The notes: generated by a model from the letters alone, not told the origin. Positions 1 to 8,852 are shown, counted from the first letter of the stretch. The stretch is DNA of 24,000 nt from an uncultured bacterium (GCA_963827625.1 CAWHBS010000003.1:806306-830305), one strand, 5' to 3'. Numbers and translations: made by a program.

Positions 1-93
1 GCGGCGGCGCGGCAGTACGGTAGTCGGGCGCCGAGAGCGATCACTCTGGCGCCACCACCAGTGGCGTGCAGGGACACTATTGGAGGAGCATTC

Positions 94-591
94 ATGGCGA
101 CATTGACGGCACTGAAGTTCGACACGGCGGAAGGCGCGCAGCAGTTGGAAAACCTGCTGCTGCAGCTGCAACAACAGGGGCTGATCCAGGTCAACGACGG
201 CGCGGTCGTCAGCTGGCCTGTCGGCGCTAAAAAGCCCAAGACCAAACAGCTCACCAGCATGGCCGGCGCCGGCGCGCTCGGCGGCGCGTTCTGGGGCTTT
301 CTCTTCGGGCTGCTGTTCTTTGTGCCGCTGCTGGGCCTGGCCATCGGCGCGGGCATGGGCGCGCTGGCCGGCACGTTCGCGGACGTCGGCATCGACGACA
401 AGTTCATCAATCAGGTCAAAGCGGAAGTCACGCCCGGCACGTCGGCACTGTTTCTGTTGACCTCCAATGTGGTGACCGACAGAGTGGTGGCGGCGATCCA
501 GGAGCAAGGGCTCAAGCCGGAGCTGATCTCGTCGAACCTGTCGAGCGAGCAGGAAGCCAAGCTGCGCGAGGCGTTCGGCGAGACGGAGTAG
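94..591 (+). CDS. DUF1269-type membrane protein (soluble N-domain, glycine-zipper TM core, soluble C-domain)
   Basis: ORF 61..591. An internal ATG at 94 follows GGAGGA (82-87). The Gly/Ala-rich TM core is AGAGALGGAFWGFLFGLLFFVPLLGLAIGAGMGALAG. The architecture matches the DUF1269 family from memory. Confidence 0.75.
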   Translation: MATLTALKFDTAEGAQQLENLLLQLQQQGLIQVNDGAVVSWPVGAKKPKTKQLTSMAGAGALGGAFWGFLFGLLFFVPLLGLAIGAGMGALAGTFADVGIDDKFINQVKAEVTPGTSALFLLTSNVVTDRVVAAIQEQGLKPELISSNLSSEQEAKLREAFGETE

Positions 592-606
592 TCGCCGCGT
601 CAGGGC

Positions 607-643
607 GTGGCCGGTGGCGGTCCACAACGACGCCACCGGCCAC
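607..643 (+). terminator. Perfect 13-bp GC-rich hairpin 16 nt after the DUF1269 stop (candidate intrinsic terminator)
   Basis: GTGGCCGGTGGCG (607-619) pairs with CGCCACCGGCCAC (631-643) around an 11-nt loop. The downstream sequence GGTCATGCTGTTGT is only weakly T-rich. Confidence 0.45.
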
Positions 644-998
644 GGTCATGCTGTTGTACGCATCGACAAGCAGAACGGCTTCGGGTTGGTCTGCGCCATC
701 CTCGGCGCAGGCGGTCGCGGACCAGGGTGCCGGCGCCAAAGCACGCCGGCCTGCGCGATAGACGGTGGCCGGCATCGCACTTCGGCGTCCGCGAGCAGTA
801 TGTCGAGGGTATCCAGCACGTGATTTCGGGCGTCGGCTATCACGAGGTCGTGGTCGAGTCCCTCCTGCACAATATCTCCCCGTGCAGGAATCGACCAGCG
901 ACATCGCGCGGACCTTAACCGCGTTCCAGTTCCGTGCGCGGGAGATCCGCGAAGACGCGCGCATCGAGCAGATCACCTACTTAAGGGAGAAATCCGCG

Positions 999-1931
999 AT
1001 GTCGCAGTCACTTCCCGAAGTCACCCACATCTACCAGCATCATACCCTTGACAGTACACGGTGGCGTCAGTATGTACCACGCACCGATGATATCGTCGTC
1101 GCTACCTCGTACAAGTCGGGAACAACCTGGGTCCAGGCAATGCTTGCCCACCTGATTCTCGGAACGCAATCCATCCCGAACATCGACGTGCTCTCGCCCT
1201 GGCTCGATTTCCGGAAGGCTCCGCTGAGCGATGTCCTGAAGCAGTTGGAAGACCAGCAGCACCGCCGGTTTATCAAGACGCACTTGCCGCTTGATGGATT
1301 GCCGTTCTATCCCCAGGTCAAGTACATTGTGGTTGGTCGCGATGCACGCGATGTGTTCATGTCGTTATGGAATCATCTCACGCGGTACGCCGATGCGCCG
1401 CCTGAGGCCGCCGATGCGCCGCCACAGGATGGGCCGCCTGACCCGCCGACGCCACAAGATATCCATGCGTTCTGGCGCGAGTGGATCACGCGAGGGTATT
1501 TTGACTGGGAAAGCGAAGGCTTTCCCTACTGGGGCAATCTGCATCACACCAAGACCTGGTGGCCGCAGCGTAACCGCGATAATGTTCTGTTGGTGCACTA
1601 TACCGACCTGTTGGCTGATCTCGGCGGCGAAATCCGCCGCATCGTGCGGTTTCTGGACATGGAGTGTTCAGCTGAGACGCTCGCGGAGGTAGCGCACGCC
1701 GTAACGTTTGCGACAATGAAACAGAACGCAGCCCAGTTGCTTCCAGGTGCCGAAACCGGCTGGAAGGGTGGTGCGCGAACCTTCATTTTCAAAGGAACGA
1801 ATGGACGATGGAAGGATGTGCTCGCGCAGGAGGAACTGGCTCTGTACACTGAGACGGTTGCGAAGGTGTTGAAACCCGATTGTGTCGCCTGGTTGGAGCA
1901 AGGCCGTATCGCCTTCGCCGAGCGCGAATGA
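999..1931 (+). CDS. PAPS-dependent sulfotransferase family protein
   Basis: ATG at 999 is preceded by AAGGGAGA. The 5-prime-PSB-like motif TSYKSGTTW and the later motifs RFIKTHLP, VVGRDARDV and FKGTNGRWKD are typical of cytosolic-type sulfotransferases. A Pro-rich insert (ADAPPEAADAPPQDGPPDPPTP) is present. Confidence 0.85.
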   Translation: MSQSLPEVTHIYQHHTLDSTRWRQYVPRTDDIVVATSYKSGTTWVQAMLAHLILGTQSIPNIDVLSPWLDFRKAPLSDVLKQLEDQQHRRFIKTHLPLDGLPFYPQVKYIVVGRDARDVFMSLWNHLTRYADAPPEAADAPPQDGPPDPPTPQDIHAFWREWITRGYFDWESEGFPYWGNLHHTKTWWPQRNRDNVLLVHYTDLLADLGGEIRRIVRFLDMECSAETLAEVAHAVTFATMKQNAAQLLPGAETGWKGGARTFIFKGTNGRWKDVLAQEELALYTETVAKVLKPDCVAWLEQGRIAFAERE

Positions 1932-1932
1932 C

Positions 1933-2250
1933 ATTCTCCGGCCCGGCGGCAGCCTGATCTGCACGCTATCGCATCCGTGTTTTGAAACCGGCGATCGGGA
2001 CTACGACGCGACCGGCGCCGTGACGGTGCGCGAGTATTTTGCCGAGTACCCGATCGCGCAGCGCTGGGGCGAGCGCATCCACCGGCCGCTGAGCACCTAC
2101 GTCAACGCCCTGTTGCGGCGACGTATGCACCTCCAGGCGATGATCGAGCCACAACTGGATCCGCAGCTGAGCGAGACGGTGCCGGAACTGCAGCGCCACA
2201 TCCATGTGCCCGGCTTCGTGGCGCTGCATGCCATCAAGATGTTGGCGTGA
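1933..2250 (+). pseudogene. 3-prime remnant of a class I SAM-dependent methyltransferase (N-terminal SAM-binding motifs absent)
   Basis: ORF 1882..2250 reads ILRPGGSLICTLSHPCF ... STYVNALLRRRMHLQAMIEP. This resembles the post-motif-II part of Methyltransf_11/25-type enzymes. No GxGxG motif I lies upstream, and the homology begins right at the sulfotransferase stop codon. Confidence 0.5.
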
Positions 2251-2302
2251 GCTCGCGCAGGGACGAGTGGTGTTGACATCTGTGCCTGGACGAGGTTTCC
2301 AC

Positions 2303-3736
2303 ATGCAAGCATTGCAAAGCCCGGCGGACATTCGTGACTTCTTCTTGGGCAACCAAACTCCACTCTACTATGTCAGCACCTCGACGTTTAACCTTCTGGG
2401 GGCGGATGCTTGGATCAAGAACCTGTCATTTATCAACACTATCAATAGCTTTGCCGGCCAACATCCCAACGTGTTTGTACCGGATGACGCGCTGGTTCAT
2501 GGTCTGCAAAGGATTGAAGCGGCCAACAATTATCTGCTCAATCACCCGGCAGTCGCCGATTTTGTTCGCAGCTCGGGCTCGGGCGGCGTGCTCATGCTAA
2601 TGTTTGATGCGCTTACAGAAACACTCGCCCGGAATCTGGGGCTGACGGTAGCCTTCCCCTCCGCCAAACTACGCCATTGGCTTGATAACAAGCTGACAAC
2701 TACACGTCTGGCCGACCAGGCCGGTATTCCATCCGTACCGCATGTTCTGGCCAGGGTCGACAGCTACGCCGCCCTGCGCCGGGCCGCGGACGCACTGGGG
2801 CCGGATCTGGTCGTCCAGTTGCCGCACGGCGATTCCGGGACGACCACCTTCTTCATCTCCACTGAGACTGACTTTCTCGGCTATGCCGGGCAGATCGCCG
2901 AGCAGCCCGCCGTCAAAATCATGAAGCGGATTCGCTGCCGGCAGGCGACGATTGATGGTTGTGTCACCCGCTATGGCACGCTGGTCGGGCCGTTGATGAG
3001 CGAGTTGATCGGGTTTGCCGAATTGACACCCTACCGCGGCGGCTGGTGCGGCAACGAGGTCTTTGGCGCCGGTGCATCGGCGGTCTTTCCTCCAACGATC
3101 CGCCGGCAGGCGCACGACGCCGCGGTGGCGGTCGGCGAGCAGATCCGGCGCCAGGGCTACTGGGGCTGTTTCGGCCTCGACTTTCTGATCGACCAGGACA
3201 CGGGAGCGCTGTATCTGGGCGAGTTGAATCCGCGTATCACCGGCGTGACGGTGCTGACGAGCCAGGTGGCCCTGGATCAGAGCGAGGTGCCGCTGCTGCT
3301 CTTTCACCTGTTGGAATGGCTTGGGGTTGGCTATGTGCTGGACGTCGAGCAGTTCAATCGACGGTGGGTCGACGCCGAACAGGTGATGGGTTGGAGCCAG
3401 TTGATTATCGAGCACCTCGAGGATGCGGAGGAGATCGTGACCCACGTTCCCGCAACCGGCATCTGGCGCATGGAGCCCGAAAGCACGGTGCAGTTCTCAC
3501 GGCCGGCGTTTCAGCCGCAGGCCGTCGCCAGTGACACCGAGGCGTTCTTTCTGCGCACGGTCGATCCTGGCCACGTGCCGGGCCGGGGCCAGTCCGTCGG
3601 CCGGCTGCTGACGCGTGGCCGCCTGATGACCGACGATTACCGGCTGACCGAGCGGGCCAAAGCGTGGATCCGCGGCCTCAGGGCGCACTTTGCTGCTGCA
3701 CACGTAGCGCACAACCCAAGCTCGGCAGATGACTAA
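2303..3736 (+). CDS. ATP-grasp family ligase (carboxylate-amine ligase-like) with N-terminal pre-ATP-grasp region
   Basis: ATG at 2303 follows GACGAGG. ATP-grasp signatures are LVVQLPHGDSGTTTFFI, GYWGCFGLDFLID and the Mg/ATP loop YLGELNPRITGVT. The product is 477 aa. Confidence 0.85.
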   Translation: MQALQSPADIRDFFLGNQTPLYYVSTSTFNLLGADAWIKNLSFINTINSFAGQHPNVFVPDDALVHGLQRIEAANNYLLNHPAVADFVRSSGSGGVLMLMFDALTETLARNLGLTVAFPSAKLRHWLDNKLTTTRLADQAGIPSVPHVLARVDSYAALRRAADALGPDLVVQLPHGDSGTTTFFISTETDFLGYAGQIAEQPAVKIMKRIRCRQATIDGCVTRYGTLVGPLMSELIGFAELTPYRGGWCGNEVFGAGASAVFPPTIRRQAHDAAVAVGEQIRRQGYWGCFGLDFLIDQDTGALYLGELNPRITGVTVLTSQVALDQSEVPLLLFHLLEWLGVGYVLDVEQFNRRWVDAEQVMGWSQLIIEHLEDAEEIVTHVPATGIWRMEPESTVQFSRPAFQPQAVASDTEAFFLRTVDPGHVPGRGQSVGRLLTRGRLMTDDYRLTERAKAWIRGLRAHFAAAHVAHNPSSADD

Positions 3737-5561
3737 GCGAACCACGACGGCCGGCGGCCAGACTGGCCAGTCCAGGCGGCCCTCCACCTTCGCGGTGTTC
3801 CGCAGGCGCAATTTCACCCTGCTATGGATCGCCCAGTTCATCTCGACGATGGGCAGCGGCCTGACAGCGATCGCCAGCTCCATCCTCGTCTACCGGATGA
3901 CCGGCTCGGCGTTAAGCGTCGGCCTGATGATGCTGGCGACGGCGTTGCCTGGCCTGTTTGTGGGCCTCATCGCCGGTGTGTTCGTCGACCGATTTGACCG
4001 CCGGCGCATCATGATCGCCGCCAATCTGATCTGTGCTGCCCTCGTTGCCGCCATCCCCGTCGTGCTGCCGTTCGGGATCGGCTGGCTTTATCTCGTCGTC
4101 GTGCTCGCCAGCTCGGCGGGACAGTTCTTCGCGCCGGCGCATACCAGCCTGCTGCCTGAGATCGCCCCCGACGAGGAGCTGGCCGCGGCCAATGCGATGA
4201 TGACTATCAGCCAGTTCGGCGCGCTGACGGTTGGCTACGCCGGTGCGGGCCTGATCGCCACCTTAACCACGATTGCGTGGGCGTTCTACCTGGACGCAGT
4301 ATCGTTCCTGCTCGCGGCGCTCTGCATTCTGCTGCTCCACGTCGCGCCGCGCAACGTCAAGGGAGCGACCAATCTCGCTGCCGTCGCGCATAACCTGCGC
4401 ATCGGGCTCGTCTTCGTCCGCGACATGCCGGTGCTCCGCTCGCTGGTGCTCGTCTTTGTGCCGATCTTTATCAGCTATGGCTTTGGGAACGCGCTGTTCC
4501 TGCCGTTCGCGATCCGTGCGCTCGGCGCGACCGCGTTCGAGTACAGTCTGCTGGAAGGGCTGTTCACGGTCGGCTTTGTCGTCGGCAGCCTGTTGATGGC
4601 CGGCCTGGCCGATCGCCTGCACGAGCAGCAATGGATCACCATCAGCATCCTCGGGATGGGGCTGTTCAATGTCGCGCTGGCACTTGCGTGGTCGGTGCCG
4701 GCCGCGATCGCGTTCAGCGCGATGGTTGGTTTGCTCAACGCGCCGTCGTACATTGGACGCCAGCTGCTGATTCAGCGCACCACGCCGCGTGAGATGCGCG
4801 GCCGCGTCAGCAGCATGTTTCTGGTCACCCGCGATACGGGTTTCATGCTCGGCATGGCGGCGGCGGGCCTGGCCGACTTGTTCGACGTGCGCATGCTGCT
4901 GCTGGTAAATGCGGTGCTGTTGTTCGGCTGTGGCCTCCTGTCGTTCATCCTCCTGGGGCACGGCCAATCGATTGACGAGCGGCGCCGCGTCCCGGCCATG
5001 CTGCGCGCCGCGCCCGGGCCGGGGCTGGGCCGCGCGGCACTCCTGGCCGACATCGATCGACTGGCCATGCATTTGCCCGCTCTCGCGCACTTCAGTCGCC
5101 AGGAACGGCTAGCGCTGGCGGCACAGACGCGGGTCTATGACGCGCCCGCCGGCACAGCGATTGTGCGGCAGGGTCAGCAGAGCGATGCGACCTATTTCTT
5201 GCTCGACGGGCGAACCGTTGCGAGTTGTGTGGATGAGGGCGCCGTGCGGGTGCTCGAGGTCCATAACGCCGGCGACTTCTTCGGCGAGATCGCTGCCTTA
5301 ACCGGCATGCCGCGCACGGCCAGTGTGCTCACCACGCAGCCGACGACGGTGCTGCAGATGCCGGCAGCCGCGCTCCGGGAGCTTACGCGTGACCCACAGA
5401 TCAACCGGGTATTCCTGAGCAAGCTGTCGGAGCGCATGGAGCGGCTGCGGCTCATCGCGCTGCCGGGCTTCGGCGGCCACGACCAGGAGCTGCTGCGCGA
5501 GTTACGCACGCCCGCCGCGCAGGCGACGTCAGAAGGGCCTCCGGTGCCTGCCGCGAGCTGA
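3729..5561 (+). CDS. MFS transporter (EntS/MFS_3-like exporter) fused to a C-terminal cyclic-nucleotide-binding (CAP/cNMP) domain
   Basis: The ATG overlaps the ATP-grasp stop by 8 nt (ATGACTAA). There are about 12 predicted TM helices and the DRFDRRRIM loop typical of MFS_3. The C-terminal roughly 130 aa contain the FGEIAALTGMPRTASV phosphate-binding-cassette motif of cNMP-binding domains. Confidence 0.9.
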   Translation: MTKRTTTAGGQTGQSRRPSTFAVFRRRNFTLLWIAQFISTMGSGLTAIASSILVYRMTGSALSVGLMMLATALPGLFVGLIAGVFVDRFDRRRIMIAANLICAALVAAIPVVLPFGIGWLYLVVVLASSAGQFFAPAHTSLLPEIAPDEELAAANAMMTISQFGALTVGYAGAGLIATLTTIAWAFYLDAVSFLLAALCILLLHVAPRNVKGATNLAAVAHNLRIGLVFVRDMPVLRSLVLVFVPIFISYGFGNALFLPFAIRALGATAFEYSLLEGLFTVGFVVGSLLMAGLADRLHEQQWITISILGMGLFNVALALAWSVPAAIAFSAMVGLLNAPSYIGRQLLIQRTTPREMRGRVSSMFLVTRDTGFMLGMAAAGLADLFDVRMLLLVNAVLLFGCGLLSFILLGHGQSIDERRRVPAMLRAAPGPGLGRAALLADIDRLAMHLPALAHFSRQERLALAAQTRVYDAPAGTAIVRQGQQSDATYFLLDGRTVASCVDEGAVRVLEVHNAGDFFGEIAALTGMPRTASVLTTQPTTVLQMPAAALRELTRDPQINRVFLSKLSERMERLRLIALPGFGGHDQELLRELRTPAAQATSEGPPVPAAS

Positions 5562-5773
5562 TGGAACGCCGACAGGTCGTCCGGTTGCGCCGCGATTTGG
5601 CGTCGAACTCGGTGGAGGGGGAGTGGGCAGCGGCCCTGCGCACTGTCTACGGCCTCGTGCGCCAGCTCGCGCCGCTGATCCTGGCACACCGCGGCGCCGA
5701 TACGATCGTGTTTACGCCGACCGGCAGCGGGCGGACGGCGCGGCAGATGCCGGCTTTCAGCTGTTACTATTGA
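5561..5773 (+). CDS. Small ORF with pyruvate-kinase C-terminal (PK_C)-like fragment; possibly a degraded gene
   Basis: The ATG shares 1 nt with the MFS stop (TGATG). GADTIVFTPTGSGRTARQM resembles the PK_C core (xxIVvxTxxGxsAR). At 70 aa it is too short for a full PK_C domain, so coding status is uncertain. Confidence 0.3.
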   Translation: MERRQVVRLRRDLASNSVEGEWAAALRTVYGLVRQLAPLILAHRGADTIVFTPTGSGRTARQMPAFSCYY

Positions 5774-5795
5774 ACGTACGCTCGCGACCACACGG

Positions 5796-6401
5796 CTAGC
5801 TGCCGGCCTTTAACGGCTTTTGCGGTGCTGCGTCCTGTGCCGCAGTCTGCTCGGCCGCACGCAGCCGCGCGCGATACTGGACGATGATGCCAACCAGCAA
5901 CAGGCTCAACCAGACGATGCCGCTAAGCGACGATTGGCGGCTCAGCGGCAGGACTCGGACGATCATGCTTGCACCGAGCAGCACCGAGAAGACGATCAGC
6001 GCCTGGTTGGTATCCCAGGTCGTAAACCATGCACAAACGACGCCGACAGCGACGGCGAGCAGCACCACAACGCCGCTCGGCAGCGCGATGGTCGATACGG
6101 CCAGCAGCGCAACAACGGCGTAGATCCCGACGCCGAACCCGATGAGCGCAGACGCAGCCCGTGGTCGCCACCACGTAACGGCGCCACAAATACTCGCGAC
6201 GAGGAGGCCGAAGAGCAGGTCACGCTCCACGCCCGGTGCGCCCGGTGCTCCGAGCGCCAGGTAGTCGGCCACGGCAGTTGCGCTCGCGAACCCGACGGCA
6301 ACAGCGCCCAGCCAGAAGAAGCGCCGGCCAAACAGGAGCGTGGCGGCGCCGAGACCACCCAGCAGTGCCACGTATATGATCGACAGCAGGAGTTGCCACA
6401 T
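5796..6401 (-). CDS. Integral membrane protein of unknown function (about 6 TM)
   Basis: ORF 5796..6407. I prefer the ATG at 6401, which sits 6 nt after AAGGGA. The protein is hydrophobic throughout with a basic/Ala-rich C-tail. It starts 23-29 nt after the upstream UbiB-like gene ends, on the same strand. Confidence 0.7.
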   Translation of the reverse strand: MWQLLLSIIYVALLGGLGAATLLFGRRFFWLGAVAVGFASATAVADYLALGAPGAPGVERDLLFGLLVASICGAVTWWRPRAASALIGFGVGIYAVVALLAVSTIALPSGVVVLLAVAVGVVCAWFTTWDTNQALIVFSVLLGASMIVRVLPLSRQSSLSGIVWLSLLLVGIIVQYRARLRAAEQTAAQDAAPQKPLKAGS

Positions 6402-6429
6402 ATCCAATCCCTTGCCGTTGGCACAAGCG

Positions 6430-8616
6430 TTAGAGCTCGATATCGATGGTTGGCTCGCGCCAGGCCAGCCAGACGAAGCGCACTACGATCGCCGCGGCGA
6501 CTGCCGCACTGCCGAAAAATAGGAAAAATGCGATGCTCGAAAGGCGTACGCCGGCAAGCTCGGCAGGAATAGTTGTGACGATGGCGGAGCCGATCAGCAT
6601 GCCTGCGAGCAGCAAGCCAACCAGGGCGCGGCTGATATTGAGCGAAAGGCTGGCATCGAACTTATCGACCTCGCGCCCCAGCTCGCTGGTATCGATGCGC
6701 AAGCTTAACTGCCCACGCTCGTACTGCTCGACCCATTTGAGCGCTGCATCGCTCAAGGATGGAATGCGCCGCACCAGCTCCTTGCCGGTCCGCACGACTT
6801 GCTGGCGCACCAACCGCATCACCGTGTCCGCGTCGAGCTCCTTACGCAACAGATCCTTTACTTCGGCAAACGCTGCCACCACCAGATCGCGCGACGGATC
6901 GAGCGTATGTACGATCTCTTCGGCCTGGACCAATGCCTTTAATGCGAGCGTCAGATCGCTCTGCAGGCGGAGCCCGGCGCGCCGCATTGCCTCGAATGTG
7001 TCGGCCAGTACGCCCGACAGGTTGGACGACTGGTCCGCGAAAAGCTGGTAGCGCTTCATCAGCCGTTCCAGATCGGCGATGAATGCGCCCTCGTTAACCT
7101 GCCGCTTGAAGGGCGTGCTCAGGCGCATAATTGTCTTGGCCAGGTCATAGCCGTCCCGGTCATTGATCCCCCAGAGCAGGTCAATCAATGCCATGCGATG
7201 CTCCGAGGTGAGGCTCCCCATCAGGCCCATATCGATGAAGACGATCGTGCCGGTGTCGAGGTTGACGAGCACGTTGCCGGGGTGCGGATCGGCGTGAAAA
7301 AAGCCGTCGATCAAGATTTGCTGGAGCATCGCTCGAAGGAACTCTGTGGCGAGTGCGGGCAGGTTGATGCCCGCGGCAGTAATCTCGGAAACGTCGGTTA
7401 TCTTCACCCCACGTACAAACTCCTGGGTCAGAATGTGCCGGCCGCTCAGCTCGGGGTAGGCGAGCGGAATATGGATCGTTGGGAACGTGCTCATGTTAAT
7501 GGTCAACATACGCATATTGAGCAGCTCGTTCTCGTAGTTGAGCTCGAGAGCAATATTGGACGCGAACTCGTTCACCACGCCACTCAGGTCAGCCTCGCGC
7601 GCCCAGGTGCGGCGACGCTGAACCTTCGCGGCCAGGTCGCGCATGACGTTCAATTCGGCGCGTACGGTCACGTCGATGTCGGGCCGCTGTACCTTGACGA
7701 CAACCGGCGTGCCGTCGACCAGCGTCGCGCGATGCACCTGGGCCGTTGAGGCCGCTGCGAACGACTCGTGATCGAAGCTCGCGAACGCCGCTTCCGGCGA
7801 TTGGTCCAGCTCGCGCTGGACGATCCGTGCTGCCTCCTCGTAGGGAAACGGCGCTACATCACTCTGGAGCCGCTCGAACTCGGCGCGCCAATCCTTCGGC
7901 AGTACCTCGGCGCGGCTGGCCATCATCTGCCCACACTTCACAAAGGTCGGGCCGAGCTCCTGCAGGAGCAGGCGGACTTTGGCGGGTGTCGTCTCTGCGC
8001 TCAAGGTCTGCTTGCCCGGGTAGAGCAGCTGCTGCATCAGCAGACGGAAGCGCGCCAGGGGAGTCAGATCGATCGCTACGTCCTTGGTATAGCGAATGAT
8101 CAGCTGCGAAATCTGGGCGACGCGCAGATTTTCAACAACCCGGTTGCGTCCACCAGACCCTAACCATCCCAGCCAGCGCCAGTAAAAACGGGTCTGCGGC
8201 ACGTCGCTGATGACCGGACTGTCGAGGCCGAAGACCGCCTCCATGACGGGCAGCGCCAGCAGCAGAACGGAGCTGATCAGCAGAATCCACAGCCAGGCCG
8301 GCGTTGCGACAGCAAAGGCGGGTTGGAGGAACGTCACCAACAGCCAGAACAGCACAGAGTTTAGCGTCACGACGTAGACTGGAATCGACACGAGCAAGAA
8401 GCGCGCGGTGAAGAGCACGATCACGGGCCGGATCACCTCGTGCAGCAACCCGTACACCAGGCCGAGCACAACATACACCACGCCCAGCGGCAGCTGCGGC
8501 GACGGCGAGCGGACGTCGATGCCTGGCGTCAGCGCCACAACGACCGCCAGCGTGAGTGCAGTGACAAGCAAGCGAATTAAGCTGGTACAACATAGGATTG
8601 GCGGTCCCTTCGTCAT
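6430..8616 (-). CDS. ABC1/UbiB/AarF atypical protein kinase family protein with extra N-terminal 4-TM (phage-holin-4-like) module and C-terminal TM helices
   Basis: ABC1 core motifs are FVKCGQMMASRAEVLP, FAAASTAQVHRA, VVVKVQRPDI and FHADPHPGNVLV. The N-terminal roughly 160 aa are four hydrophobic helices. The C-terminus (VGLLLAGMLIGSAIV ... FFLFFGSAAVAAAIVV) gives two more TM helices. Confidence 0.9.
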   Translation of the reverse strand: MTKGPPILCCTSLIRLLVTALTLAVVVALTPGIDVRSPSPQLPLGVVYVVLGLVYGLLHEVIRPVIVLFTARFLLVSIPVYVVTLNSVLFWLLVTFLQPAFAVATPAWLWILLISSVLLLALPVMEAVFGLDSPVISDVPQTRFYWRWLGWLGSGGRNRVVENLRVAQISQLIIRYTKDVAIDLTPLARFRLLMQQLLYPGKQTLSAETTPAKVRLLLQELGPTFVKCGQMMASRAEVLPKDWRAEFERLQSDVAPFPYEEAARIVQRELDQSPEAAFASFDHESFAAASTAQVHRATLVDGTPVVVKVQRPDIDVTVRAELNVMRDLAAKVQRRRTWAREADLSGVVNEFASNIALELNYENELLNMRMLTINMSTFPTIHIPLAYPELSGRHILTQEFVRGVKITDVSEITAAGINLPALATEFLRAMLQQILIDGFFHADPHPGNVLVNLDTGTIVFIDMGLMGSLTSEHRMALIDLLWGINDRDGYDLAKTIMRLSTPFKRQVNEGAFIADLERLMKRYQLFADQSSNLSGVLADTFEAMRRAGLRLQSDLTLALKALVQAEEIVHTLDPSRDLVVAAFAEVKDLLRKELDADTVMRLVRQQVVRTGKELVRRIPSLSDAALKWVEQYERGQLSLRIDTSELGREVDKFDASLSLNISRALVGLLLAGMLIGSAIVTTIPAELAGVRLSSIAFFLFFGSAAVAAAIVVRFVWLAWREPTIDIEL

Positions 8617-8852
8617 CGCAGGTCACCACCAAACTCCGTTATCGTCGTAGCCGACCGTGGTGACCGTCGGGATCGCCCACCACCGGCCGACGCCGAGATG
8701 CGGGTCTTCGTCCGGCTCGACGCTGCGCCTCAAGCTGCCGCCGCCAGGCGCGCTGATCAGTGGCGCGACGCGCTCCGAATCGACGCTGGGTGGTCACACT
8801 ACCGCGTCAGGCTCCGTTTCAGGACGGAGCGTCGCACGCACCCGCGCTGCGA

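Noticed and set aside
600-998. Possible degraded gene on the minus strand in the 400-nt spacer, with fragments such as LDHDLVIADARNHVLDTLDILLADAEV and AVLLVDAYNSMTVAGGVVVD in two frames
   Set aside because: The pieces look protein-like but match nothing I can name. They need a frameshift to join, and part is encoded by the perfect 13-bp terminator hairpin. In GC-rich DNA such pseudo-protein stretches arise by chance. Only a translated database search (tblastx/blastx) could settle it.
2669-5791. Antisense ORFs 2669..3445, 4263..5090 and 5192..5791
   Set aside because: They lie opposite the well-supported ATP-grasp and MFS genes. Their composition (Arg/Gln/His runs) is typical of non-coding frames in GC-rich DNA.
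8617-8852. The 236-nt spacer between the HdeD-like and UbiB-like genes, with a 7-bp hairpin (GCTCCGT/ACGGAGC, 8811-8830) and ORFs 8657..8878 and 8698..9255
   Set aside because: The hairpin is short and lacks a U-tract, so it is too weak to call a terminator. The ORFs are Arg/Pro/Ser-rich and largely antisense to the HdeD-like gene.
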